Counted from the first letter of the stretch, positions 21,093 through 30,413 are shown. The stretch is 39,171 nucleotides of DNA from Bdellovibrionota bacterium (GCA_044345055.1 JBIJBT010000018.1:1-39171), one strand, 5' to 3'. Notes: a model not told the origin generated them from the sequence alone. Translations and numbers: made by a program.

Positions 21093-21992
21093 TCAGTTAC
21101 AACTTTTCTCACTATCGCACACCTTCTTCCCCTTCATCGCCTCGATATACTCAAGAATCGCCTCTCTGTCAGAAGCTGGCAGCCACCCAAATCCGGGCAT
21201 TTTTGAACCCCATCTGAGAGATGCAGGATTTTCAATTAGTGTCAGTAAATGGGTGCGATCCCAATATTCAGTTATGTTTTTTGGTACATTGAGCTCTGGT
21301 CCCATCGTTCCACCAACCTTGTTGATTCCGTGGCACTTAGAACAATAAGTCCTCCACAAATCCATCCCTTTCGTAATAGTTGGAGACTGCGTCGGCGGAA
21401 TGTGCTCAGCTGGAATTTCATTTGCTGAGAGCTTTACGACGGTGACAGACCATGGAGTGGGTGGATTAATCTTTTCATTAAAAACCCCATCCCATACAAG
21501 ATAATATGGCCCAGGATTAAATGGGACTCGTGCGCTTAGAGAATCACGGAAAGGTTTTGCAGCGGAGCCGCCAAATTCGCGAAAAGCTAAAATACCTAAT
21601 CGATCCGGAATATCTCGAACAGGAAGCTGTGAAACGTACCCATCAGTTGCAACAAATGAGATGAGAGCATCAGAGAGCGATACTCCTGTTTGTTTGGTAA
21701 GCCAAGATAGAAACGCCCTTATCTCATAACCTTCATACCGTTGATTTCCTCCGTAAACAGGGTCGCTTTCTACAACAACCTCTTTTTTGGGAAGTTGTTT
21801 AAGAGAGCTTTGAATCGCGGGGTCGAGTAAGTTAACCGATCCTGAGGTGGTTATTGGCGTTTCTTGGGAGAAGACTACTGAGCAGTTTACAAGCAGCGTA
21901 AATGCGGCTCCCAGGAGTTTTACGAGGAAGCGAGGACTCCGTATTTTTTCGGAGTGGCTTGGTAGAGGAGAAAAAATTGATGGACTGACCAT
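21093..21992 (-). CDS. Exported c-type cytochrome with N-terminal molybdopterin-binding-like domain
   Basis: Signal peptide, ISFVATDGY...GPYYLVW N-terminal domain, CSKCH heme motif, GGTMGPELN and distal SKMPGF. Confidence 0.8.
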   Translation of the reverse strand: MVSPSIFSPLPSHSEKIRSPRFLVKLLGAAFTLLVNCSVVFSQETPITTSGSVNLLDPAIQSSLKQLPKKEVVVESDPVYGGNQRYEGYEIRAFLSWLTKQTGVSLSDALISFVATDGYVSQLPVRDIPDRLGILAFREFGGSAAKPFRDSLSARVPFNPGPYYLVWDGVFNEKINPPTPWSVTVVKLSANEIPAEHIPPTQSPTITKGMDLWRTYCSKCHGINKVGGTMGPELNVPKNITEYWDRTHLLTLIENPASLRWGSKMPGFGWLPASDREAILEYIEAMKGKKVCDSEKSCN

Positions 21993-22245
21993 GATATTTT
22001 TCAGAAATTGGATTAAACCACTATTTTTCTAGGCTAACAAAATAATTGAAGCTGAGTAAGTGAAAACCCGTTTTTTCACCGAAAAGTATTCAGTATTCGC
22101 GGCTACTTGCTATAAATTCGTTGATTTTGTCCCTCTTGCTAATTTTTCTATCTTTCGCAGATTCCGCGAGTGGAGTGTTATCACATTAGAGCAAGATCAA
22201 CGAGCTATCGACTAAGAGGTCCTGCTCCTGAAGTAGATATTGGTA

Positions 22246-22260
22246 TGTTACAATGTAACA
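22246..22260. promoter_or_regulatory. Palindromic candidate operator TGTTACAATGTAACA
   Basis: Perfect 7-1-7 palindrome 62 bp upstream of the acetyltransferase gene, in a divergent intergenic region. Confidence 0.45.
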
Positions 22261-22322
22261 ACAATAGGAAAGCTATTTTCTATTGTTAGTTGAGATGCAT
22301 TACATACGTTTGGTGATCACCG

Positions 22323-22973
22323 ATGGATGGGCAGACTGCTTGCCGCCGGTGCTACCTGTACGGAGCCGGCGGCCATAGTAATGTTGTTGAGGATGCACTT
22401 CGGGCGAGTGGATACGAGTTAGTTGGACGTATCGATGATAACCCGAAGCATGTATCACCTATTCTTCCGGGAATTCGGTTGACGGGATTCGATTACATTC
22501 CGGAAGCGCACGATCCGATAGTTATTGCGATAGGTAGCAACGAGGATCGAGCATATGTCTCGCGACATTTAAAAGCAGACTGTATCTCCGTATTCCATCC
22601 CTCTGCAATTATTTCACCCTCCTCATTAGTTGATACAGGAGCCGTTATATTGCATGGTGCGATCGTTCAATCGCATTCTTCGATTGGCTCCTTCGTTATC
22701 GTTAATACTGCTGCGAGTGTTGGACACGATTCCAACGTCGGAGATTTCGCCCATATTTCGCCCGGAGTCCGTTTATGCGGTCAGGTTGGCGTTGGAGAGG
22801 GGGCGCATGTTGGAGCCGGAGCAATTGTCATTCCAGGAATCACAATTGGGCGATGGAGCATTGTAGGAGCAGGATCGGTCGTAATTCGAGATGTTCCCGA
22901 TTTTTGCACCGTCGTCGGAAATCCTGCTAGAGAAATAAAAAAGAGGGAGCCCTTTGAGGAGTTTAATCGATAG
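22323..22973 (+). CDS. NeuD/PglD-family sugar acetyltransferase (left-handed beta helix)
   Basis: LYGAGGHSNVV, IAIGSNEDR, hexapeptide repeats, VNTAASVGHD and GAGSVVIRDVP...VVGNPAR. Confidence 0.9.
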   Translation: MDGQTACRRCYLYGAGGHSNVVEDALRASGYELVGRIDDNPKHVSPILPGIRLTGFDYIPEAHDPIVIAIGSNEDRAYVSRHLKADCISVFHPSAIISPSSLVDTGAVILHGAIVQSHSSIGSFVIVNTAASVGHDSNVGDFAHISPGVRLCGQVGVGEGAHVGAGAIVIPGITIGRWSIVGAGSVVIRDVPDFCTVVGNPAREIKKREPFEEFNR

Positions 22974-23018
22974 CTTTCAAAAATCAGAGGAGTCGCTTCT
23001 AAAAGTTCTCGGAAAAGC

Positions 23019-23867
23019 CTACTTCGTTACATGAACGGGCAGAACGCCTGCTTGATATTCGCCGAGAATTTTAACTGATCTGGTGAGGGGTAAGATCTTT
23101 TCCCTTATCGCGGATGGGCCGATAGGGTGGATAATATCGAGATAAAAAAGGTATTCAAAAGGGTGGCCTCTTACGGGGCGCGATTCTATTTTTGTAAGAT
23201 CGCCTCCTCCTTGGTAAAGAGCTGACAGAACTGCGATTAAGCTTCCCGGTTTATGTTCGAGAGTTACTACTAGAGAAATCTTTGAGGGATCGCCGTGGAC
23301 GATCGGCTCGCTTCCAATAACTAGAAAACGTGTGTAGTTCTGTTGATCATCCTCTATTGAAGAAAGAAGAGGGGAGAGGCCATAAAATTCGGCGGCTTCT
23401 TTACTGGCAATCGCACCGAGAGAGAGATCTCCTGATTTGGCGACTGCGCGAGCTGCTCCTGCTGTATCGGTGCACGGTTCAGGAGAGAGGTTCGGATACT
23501 CCTTGAAAAGCAGCTTGCACTGCTCGAGTGCTTTTGGGTGCGATAGTATTCGTGATAGCTGCGCGATACGGTCCTGAGGCTGAATCGTGTTGTCTGGTAT
23601 TACAAGAAGATTGTGCTCAATCCGAAGATATACTTCACCTCTTATCGGAATGTCGTATTGACAGAGAAGATCATAATTTTCGTAAATTGAACCGACGAGT
23701 GAATTTTCAATTGGAATAACACCGAAGGTTGCATTACCGCTACTCAGTTCACTAAAGACATTTTGAAATGAGGTCGTTTCAATCAATGAAAAAGGTTCTG
23801 GAAAAAAGGTCAGCCCAGCAAGATGGCTAAATGAGCCCCAAGCTCCCTGACACGCTACCTTAATCAT
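23019..23867 (-). CDS. pheA: Prephenate dehydratase (with ACT domain)
   Basis: VACQGAWGSFSH, PIENSLVGSI, SHPKALEQC, NYTRFLVI and LTKIESRP...YLFYLD. Confidence 0.95.
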   Translation of the reverse strand: MIKVACQGAWGSFSHLAGLTFFPEPFSLIETTSFQNVFSELSSGNATFGVIPIENSLVGSIYENYDLLCQYDIPIRGEVYLRIEHNLLVIPDNTIQPQDRIAQLSRILSHPKALEQCKLLFKEYPNLSPEPCTDTAGAARAVAKSGDLSLGAIASKEAAEFYGLSPLLSSIEDDQQNYTRFLVIGSEPIVHGDPSKISLVVTLEHKPGSLIAVLSALYQGGGDLTKIESRPVRGHPFEYLFYLDIIHPIGPSAIREKILPLTRSVKILGEYQAGVLPVHVTK

Positions 23868-25033
23868 AGAGATTCCTCTGTTTTACTCGCGACAGTATTG
23901 GTACCCGAATGTGATGATCCAAGAAGTTCTATATTCGCACGAGGTATTTCAACAGTTGCTCCATCCTCAAAGCTGATTACTGCGATTCGAGCAGATGCTC
24001 CCGAGGGGATCAGTCGTGGTTCTGGCGGGAGCTCTTTTATGAATCCGATCCGCCCAAAATATGGGTGTCGAATAATGCGGACAGCCCTACCAATTATAAG
24101 ACCACTCTCGGCATTTTCTTGGCAATCCGGGGAATCCACTGATTGCTCAGTAAGCCCGATTATCGCCTCGGGACGGATAGCGCCAGCACGCACCTGCGTA
24201 ACGCCTGTCATTGAGATTTCGCGTCCCTGATTGCGAGAGAAAACACCCCATGCTTCGTCGTTCATCGGAATCTCTCCGAACCCCTCTGTAACAAAAAGAG
24301 AGAACGGTACCGATTCATCACCCGTAATCGCGACACCAATTCGTCGTTTCGCAAATTTTTCTATTACAATGTCATCGATTGATCCCGCAATCCACCCCGC
24401 AATATTACAACGCGCTCCTTCTTTAAGCAGCTCCAGGGATGGAGCTCCGCGTGATACAAGAACAGCACCATCAATAGCAAGAGTTGATGAAAGAGTCGTA
24501 ATGCTTCCAGTATCTGGAAGCATACATATATGGCCTAATCGTTCACCACCGACACCGAAAACTCCCTGAACGAGGGAACATCTTGTTTTGATAGTAACCG
24601 AAAGATTGTCATGAACATGAGAAACTCGTCCTGATATAAATGCGGTACGCTCTATCTTGATCGGTCGACACCGAAGCATGATAGTGCCGGTCAACTCGCT
24701 TACCAGCTCAACCTCACCGGATACAGGAGCAGTTACTTCAGCACGAAATAATCCAAAAAAAACAGAATGTGTTGCGAGCTTGTCTCCCTTTTTAACCCAA
24801 TCACCTACACGAACGGAGATCGTTTGCATCGCTTCTTTTGGCGGAATACCAAGCTCCTCGGATACCCGAACTAGAACCCCCTCTCCGCTAAGAGATGCAA
24901 AGCCGATCACTTCGCTCCCCTGAACGTAGTCGCCGATAGATACCGTTATAGAACCTGGTAGTGGTAGTTCGCGCACTCGCTCAATAGTTGTATTGTGGAG
25001 TACAGTCGCACCACCTGAATATGCTTGGCTCAT
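23864..25033 (-). CDS. Uncharacterised protein with biotinyl/lipoyl-like barrel-sandwich N-domain and KOW/SH3-like C-domain
   Basis: VSIGDYV and VRVGDWVKKGDKLA...EVTAPVSGEV (barrel-sandwich hybrid pattern), TEGFG.IPM and GRAVRIIRHPYFGRIG (KOW-like). The stop overlaps the pheA start (ATGA). Confidence 0.75.
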   Translation of the reverse strand: MSQAYSGGATVLHNTTIERVRELPLPGSITVSIGDYVQGSEVIGFASLSGEGVLVRVSEELGIPPKEAMQTISVRVGDWVKKGDKLATHSVFFGLFRAEVTAPVSGEVELVSELTGTIMLRCRPIKIERTAFISGRVSHVHDNLSVTIKTRCSLVQGVFGVGGERLGHICMLPDTGSITTLSSTLAIDGAVLVSRGAPSLELLKEGARCNIAGWIAGSIDDIVIEKFAKRRIGVAITGDESVPFSLFVTEGFGEIPMNDEAWGVFSRNQGREISMTGVTQVRAGAIRPEAIIGLTEQSVDSPDCQENAESGLIIGRAVRIIRHPYFGRIGFIKELPPEPRLIPSGASARIAVISFEDGATVEIPRANIELLGSSHSGTNTVASKTEESL

Positions 25034-25097
25034 GAAAAGCTATCAAGAAATAAGGGTAAGAGAGAGTAGACGATACCTTTCAAGTCGGATTTAAAAG

Positions 25098-26891
25098 TTA
25101 TGCACTAATCCCGAGTGCGGCCATCACATTCCTATGGATATCAGCCTGCAATGTTGGATCGGGATCTGGTCGTAACGGTCGCCCTCGACAGTCTATAATA
25201 AGGCCGCATCCTCCACCGATAATTTGTTTCTCAACAGCGATTCCATTGCCGTTTCCGACATTGACCTGGGCAGATGGATTAATCTGGAGAAGATGCTCTC
25301 CTTCAGTAAGAGGAATCACAAAAAAGTCTCCTACACGGAATTTATGAGAGGGGGCTGATTTATTAATTATAATCTCCCCGAGCTCTGCTCCTTGCTTAGA
25401 GCGAATCGAAAAAATGGGAGCAATACAGTATCCGAGATGAATTAGACAATCTCTCTCTAAAATGTCCGATGCCCCGATCGGCTCAACGGTCGAGAAAACG
25501 CCGAGATGAGGAAGCATAAATACAGAGTCGACTAAAAGTCGAGTTACGCCCTCAACTCCTAATCCATCTATCATCATCAGAGCTGCCTGCGAGCGTTGAG
25601 GAGCGTGGCTAATGACCCCTCCCGAGCCAATAACTGTATCTATCTCAAGAAGAGATACCAAATTATTCCCACTCTCTTGCTCAAATGCTCGACCTATCTC
25701 TCGTCCTTTATCAGCGGTGTGCACCGATATAGCGAGTGAGCAGTGATGCGCAAAAGAAAGCCGCAACGCCTCGCGACAAACAGCCTGTTCAAGAAATAGG
25801 TCGTCTAGTGTCTGCGGAATTGTTGTTGGGCGAATCATCTTGTTGCGCAGACGATTTCTGAGGTCTTTATGATCGGCGACAAAGGGAAGCCAGCGGGCAA
25901 TTGAGGCAATACCCGCCTCAAGTAGGACATTTCCGATCGAGTAGCTCATACCGAGATTCGCACTAACCGTTCGGGTTAGAATCCTCTCCTGTTTGTGATC
26001 GATACAAGAGCTGAACACATCAGTAGTCGCACCTCCAATATCAACCGCGACGATCTGCTCGTTACATTTTGTTGCATAGGTATCGATCATCGTACCTACT
26101 GCAAGGGGCGTCGGCATTATTGGGCGACTTGCCCAGCTCATCAACGTTCCATAGCCGGGCGAGTGGCTCATGACATGGGAGAGAAAAAACTCATGAATCG
26201 CCTCACGCGCTGGTCCGAGATCTTCTTTCTCGAGCTCTGGCCGAACATTTGCGACGATCGTTACTGGTCCAAGTGGTGAGAGAATGCGAGAAACCTCATC
26301 CGCAGCTGCAGAGTTTCCTGCAAAAATAATCGGAAGAGATAGCGTGTCTCCGAATCGCGGTCGAGGCGCCGCAGCGAGAAGTAGTTCGGCTGTTTCGACT
26401 ACCTGGGCGATCGCGCCCCCCTCGATTCCGCCACAAAGGAGAAATATATCTGGTCTCACTGAGCGAATTTTCTCGACCCGTTCATGATCTGTACGACCAT
26501 CATCAGCCGAGACGGAGTCAATTACTATGGCACCAGCGCCAAGAGCCGCTCGTTCCGCAGATTCAGTCGTAAGGTGAGCCACTAGCCCCGCGACCATCAT
26601 CTGCAACCCACCACCGGCAGAGCTTGTTGAAAGATAGAGATCTAGCCCACTACTATCCTTTGCGGGCCCCAAAAAAGGTGGAAAGGAAGATCGATCAAAA
26701 AGAGGAAGATGAGATAGCTCTTCGAGCTCGCTGAAGGCATTTGTAACCCCAACTGTGACATTGGCGACCGGCTGTTCAACGGTAGTAGGAGCCTCGCCAC
26801 GCGCACGGAAATACCATCCTTTTTCCCCTTTCTCAAAAAGGAGCGCCTTCGTCGTTGTTGAACCACAATCAGTTACAACCACTCGCTGCAT
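25098..26891 (-). CDS. GlmL/MutL-like (glutamate mutase L family) actin-fold ATPase
   Basis: Phosphate-1 motif VVTDCGSTTTKA, SSAGGGLQM, SAERAALGAGA, IMPTP, phosphate-2 motif VDIGGATTDVFS, RTVSANLGMSYS and IGSGGVISHAP. Confidence 0.85.
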   Translation of the reverse strand: MQRVVVTDCGSTTTKALLFEKGEKGWYFRARGEAPTTVEQPVANVTVGVTNAFSELEELSHLPLFDRSSFPPFLGPAKDSSGLDLYLSTSSAGGGLQMMVAGLVAHLTTESAERAALGAGAIVIDSVSADDGRTDHERVEKIRSVRPDIFLLCGGIEGGAIAQVVETAELLLAAAPRPRFGDTLSLPIIFAGNSAAADEVSRILSPLGPVTIVANVRPELEKEDLGPAREAIHEFFLSHVMSHSPGYGTLMSWASRPIMPTPLAVGTMIDTYATKCNEQIVAVDIGGATTDVFSSCIDHKQERILTRTVSANLGMSYSIGNVLLEAGIASIARWLPFVADHKDLRNRLRNKMIRPTTIPQTLDDLFLEQAVCREALRLSFAHHCSLAISVHTADKGREIGRAFEQESGNNLVSLLEIDTVIGSGGVISHAPQRSQAALMMIDGLGVEGVTRLLVDSVFMLPHLGVFSTVEPIGASDILERDCLIHLGYCIAPIFSIRSKQGAELGEIIINKSAPSHKFRVGDFFVIPLTEGEHLLQINPSAQVNVGNGNGIAVEKQIIGGGCGLIIDCRGRPLRPDPDPTLQADIHRNVMAALGISA

Positions 26892-26978
26892 GAGATTTCC
26901 TATAAAAGTGTCGATCTGAACGATGCTGCCTACTTCTCATTGAGAAGCGAGAGAGCGGGTTTTAATTTTGTTAAAAAA

Positions 26979-27674
26979 TTACAATAGCGAACTCACCGAC
27001 TGAAACCATGGTCCTGACATAAACTGAACCCGCTCAACAAGTAATGCCATTCGTGCCATAACGGTTGAACCAAAAAATGCGCCAAAGCAAATCATCATGA
27101 CCCAACGGGCTGACCTCGGAAACGCTCCTCGCTGCAGCGTTTCATTCTTTACAGTTGAGAGAAAATAGAAAAGAACTGTCACCATCGCGAAGATGAAGAT
27201 TGAATTGCTTATACTGGTTCCCCAACTGATAGAGCCATCAGTTACCACCAGTAACGGCTTAAGGCTGCTTCGAATTTGCGGAATCATCTCAGCAAAAAAT
27301 CCCTTTATGCCGAGACCTGCGCTAAAGCCGAGTGATAATCCGATCACCAACTTTGCAAGCCATCCGTAGGTACGCGAATAAATCGTATAGTAAAGAAGCC
27401 CAAAAGAGAGCGGAAGGATATACCAAAGATACGATGTGTCGTAAGGAGTTATAACGGTTCCATCGGGGAATCGTTCAACCCCGTAGCCAAGAAGGGGAGA
27501 AAGTATGTTCGGCCATAAGAAGTTTTTAAGGGTAAATACTGGCGCAAATCCAGCAGCAATGCCGATAAAAAGATGCTCAAAAACCCGATACACGGGATTC
27601 TCCCGAATCAGGAAGCTGAATATCGCCAAGGAGCATATACCACCCAATAGGATAGTTGCTTGTTCCCAACTCAT
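26979..27674 (-). CDS. Uncharacterised polytopic membrane protein (about 6 TM)
   Basis: SFLIRENPVYRVFEHLFIGIAAG...RWVMMICFGAFFGSTVMARMALLVERVQF. ATG 27674 overlaps the upstream stop (ATGA), so it is preferred to 27734. Confidence 0.8.
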   Translation of the reverse strand: MSWEQATILLGGICSLAIFSFLIRENPVYRVFEHLFIGIAAGFAPVFTLKNFLWPNILSPLLGYGVERFPDGTVITPYDTSYLWYILPLSFGLLYYTIYSRTYGWLAKLVIGLSLGFSAGLGIKGFFAEMIPQIRSSLKPLLVVTDGSISWGTSISNSIFIFAMVTVLFYFLSTVKNETLQRGAFPRSARWVMMICFGAFFGSTVMARMALLVERVQFMSGPWFQSVSSLL

Positions 27675-28537
27675 CGCTTTCTCCTGAAAAGAGTACGTAT
27701 AAGGATTGGTAAATTGCCCACTGCTATCATACAAACTATCGCAAGCTGGGAGATGCCGAGAGCGGTATTTACCGCTCGTGAAGAATCTTCTTTTCTATCG
27801 GGATAAGCCCGTTGCATGAGCTCTGAATACCAAGCTGCACCTGAGACACCCTCAAGAATTCCTTTGAGCTGGCCGGAGTCTCGATATATGTAGGCCTCAG
27901 GTATAGTTATTGAGGTGCAGCCATGAATGAAGGTCGGCGCATATCCACTACGTTGAAAGAACTGAACATAGAGATCAAACGTTCCAACGTAGCCGGTTAA
28001 TTGGACTAAGAGATCTACGTCTTTGATTGTTTTGACACCATTCATCATTGGAAGAGAGCCAAGATCATTCCCGCGGGCATCCTTTTTGATATATCGAGCT
28101 ACATCATCCGACTTCGCGAGTGCCTGCATAAAGAGAGCGGGTCCTGTGCGAAATCCGATATTTATCCAATCGACACCATAGGTCCACTCTTCGTTTGGAT
28201 ACTCTTTTTTAAGCCGTTCAACGACTGTACGAGGGACCGATTCCAGGAACCCTTCACCTTGAGGTATTTGTGTCATCAACATAAAGGGTATTCGACGACG
28301 CATGAGATGCTCAAGAACGACCTCGGCTTGCGGTCCATTTTCAGCGTAGTTAGAGGGACCATAATCCATCGCAACAAAGGCAATTTTGCCCGACTTATGT
28401 TCAAGTTCATTAATGATAGAGAAGCTTTCTGTTGCAGCAGTTAGGGGAGCGGGAGGAAGCCTCAAACCACCGACGAGTGGTATAAAAACGGATAGAAAGA
28501 TAATCAGATATATTATCCAACGGTCTCGATTACGCAT
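27671..28537 (-). CDS. Uncharacterised protein with N- and C-terminal TM anchors around a ~220-aa alpha/beta domain
   Basis: DRWIIYLIIFLSVFIP, AMDYGPSNYAENGP, YGVDWINIGF, SGQLKGILEGVSGAAWY and IVCMIAVGNL. GGAGG RBS and an 8-nt overlap with the upstream gene. Confidence 0.8.
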   Translation of the reverse strand: MRNRDRWIIYLIIFLSVFIPLVGGLRLPPAPLTAATESFSIINELEHKSGKIAFVAMDYGPSNYAENGPQAEVVLEHLMRRRIPFMLMTQIPQGEGFLESVPRTVVERLKKEYPNEEWTYGVDWINIGFRTGPALFMQALAKSDDVARYIKKDARGNDLGSLPMMNGVKTIKDVDLLVQLTGYVGTFDLYVQFFQRSGYAPTFIHGCTSITIPEAYIYRDSGQLKGILEGVSGAAWYSELMQRAYPDRKEDSSRAVNTALGISQLAIVCMIAVGNLPILIRTLFRRKR

Positions 28538-29537
28538 CTGAGGAACCTCCAGTTACGTTTTCTGCTTCAATCGAGAACCACATCCGAATACAAAGAACGA
28601 GAGTAGCAATACCAGCCCCCAGCTTGATAGCTCTAAAAACTCCTGCGCTTGGTACCTCAAGCAACCATAGCCGTATCGAGGCAAATGACTCTGAGATCAT
28701 GAGTCCCACCGATGTCTGTCCGAGAATTACAATGAGTGCAGCCCCCATCATCAGGGATGACTCTACCGATTTCACCCTAAATGCTCGATAGGCGGCTGCA
28801 GCGATATAAAAAGCAAGAAGAGCAAACATCGATGATCCAAGAGGGGTGAATATCCCATCAAAAAGTAGCGTAAAGAGTCGGTGGGATAGTCGCTCTTCCC
28901 GAATGGTAGTTAGTCGAGCTGAAAGCTCAGTACGGGCTGATAGAATGAGAGGAGTTATCGCAGAGACAGTCTCTAAAGATTCGGGAGATTGCTTGAGGAG
29001 TGAAATTTTTTCATTAAGAGCGATATTTATCTTTGATGCATCTTCGGCTTTTGAAGTTGATGATGAGGAGACAAGCTCTGATGAAATATCTTCAAGGTGA
29101 GGTATCAGCAGATTAACCCGATCTTTGACGGGGAGAACATCAGATCGTTTCGCCGCCGCATCAGAGGTGACCGCCTCAGTGTAGAGCGAAAGCACCTCAA
29201 TTCTTCTTAGTTTTGCAGCATCCGAGAGAGCGTAGTACCAATCTACCCCTGAAACCAAAATCATCAAGAGCAACCCTGCGAGAAGGATACCGCTGTACAG
29301 TGCACCAGACCGACGAAAAACTAGCTTAGATCCATGAACAAGACATAAGTTGATTATTCCTAGTCCAATCGAAACATACACTGCCGCAAGAAATCCATTG
29401 GTTATTGCTTCGTGATGTTTAGAGATGCCGGTGCTATCAAGAACGACCTGTGGAAGGATAAATTCAAGAACAAAGTAGATTCCCCCGAGAAAGGTGATGA
29501 GACGAATAAGTTTATCGCGGGGATTTCTAACGTTCAT
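28530..29537 (-). CDS. Uncharacterised polytopic membrane protein with ~100-aa helical insertion
   Basis: Three N-terminal TM segments, a hydrophilic helical insert, then PLGSSMFALLAFYIAAAAYRAFRVKS and two further hydrophobic segments. Confidence 0.8.
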   Translation of the reverse strand: MNVRNPRDKLIRLITFLGGIYFVLEFILPQVVLDSTGISKHHEAITNGFLAAVYVSIGLGIINLCLVHGSKLVFRRSGALYSGILLAGLLLMILVSGVDWYYALSDAAKLRRIEVLSLYTEAVTSDAAAKRSDVLPVKDRVNLLIPHLEDISSELVSSSSTSKAEDASKINIALNEKISLLKQSPESLETVSAITPLILSARTELSARLTTIREERLSHRLFTLLFDGIFTPLGSSMFALLAFYIAAAAYRAFRVKSVESSLMMGAALIVILGQTSVGLMISESFASIRLWLLEVPSAGVFRAIKLGAGIATLVLCIRMWFSIEAENVTGGSSDA

Positions 29538-29573
29538 AAATAAACGATCGGATACATTTAGGAATGGGGTAAG

Positions 29574-30413
29574 TTATGAAACAGGTGAGAAAGTATTTAA
29601 AAGATTCTCAGGCCATCCGAAAGAGAGGAGATAGGAGATAACATCGGATGAATTGGCAAAATATGGGAAAAACTGTCGCGCTGTTTCACCGATAATACCG
29701 ATAGCGATGAGTCCGAGCAGAAAAAGCTTTGCTCTGTCCTGACCATAAAGACTTCCCACAAGTACAGGCTCCCTGCTGAGGTACGCTGACGCCGAAAAAA
29801 GCTCCTCGCCAATCAGGGTATAGTCACAGGTGCAAACAAAAAAGGGGACTTGTTCAGGGCTGACCGAGGCGGCAACCTGCATCGCGCCGACATACTGGCC
29901 TGCCTCTGCAAGAATGAGACTCTCTGCGGCAAAGGTACCGAGCATAAAGGTCGCCCCTGGGCGTTCTCTATGCACCATACCGATATAGCCAGAGGCGAAG
30001 GCGAACTGTTCATCTGAGAGAAAGATCAGAGACTTCGGATCGAACGCATTCATTCTCTTTTCTGAGCGATATGCCTCCGAAACGACATCCTCTTCCAAAG
30101 CAAGAGCATCTGGAGCTGATTGGGGTACAATCAGCCGAGATCGAAATAGGGCAGCTTTTCGAGCAACAAAGGAGAGGACTCCCATACAGGCATAAAGCAC
30201 AGGGCCTAGCAGTGTAAGCGCTGTAGTGAAAAGGATTGGCCTTCCTTGCTCAACGGCTCGGCCGATAGATTTCTCTATGGCATCAACTCCCGGAATTCGG
30301 CGTATATACATACTCTCTGGAGATTTTCTCGCCTGCCCGATATATCTAAAGAGAGAATAAGTAAGCCCAACGAGAAATATCACCATCGCTGGTGTCGCAT
30401 GCTCAAAGTTCAT
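29574..30413 (-). CDS. DUF6754-like membrane protein
   Basis: YIRRIPGVDAIEKSIGRAVEQGRP, QFAFASG, FAAESLILAEAG, QVPFFVCTCDYTLIGEELFSASAYLSREP and GQDRAK. The DUF number is from recall and is unverified. Confidence 0.75.
   Translation of the reverse strand: MNFEHATPAMVIFLVGLTYSLFRYIGQARKSPESMYIRRIPGVDAIEKSIGRAVEQGRPILFTTALTLLGPVLYACMGVLSFVARKAALFRSRLIVPQSAPDALALEEDVVSEAYRSEKRMNAFDPKSLIFLSDEQFAFASGYIGMVHRERPGATFMLGTFAAESLILAEAGQYVGAMQVAASVSPEQVPFFVCTCDYTLIGEELFSASAYLSREPVLVGSLYGQDRAKLFLLGLIAIGIIGETARQFFPYFANSSDVISYLLSFGWPENLLNTFSPVS

Noticed and set aside
25098..26891. Calling the locus a glutamate fermentation operon or DNA-repair mutL
   Set aside because: No glutamate mutase or methylaspartase gene is in the window. 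The protein has ASKHA motifs, not the GHKL motifs of mismatch-repair MutL.
26933..26947. Palindrome CTTCTCA-T-TGAGAAG upstream of the GlmL-like gene
   Set aside because: It is a single short occurrence with no supporting promoter elements or second copy.
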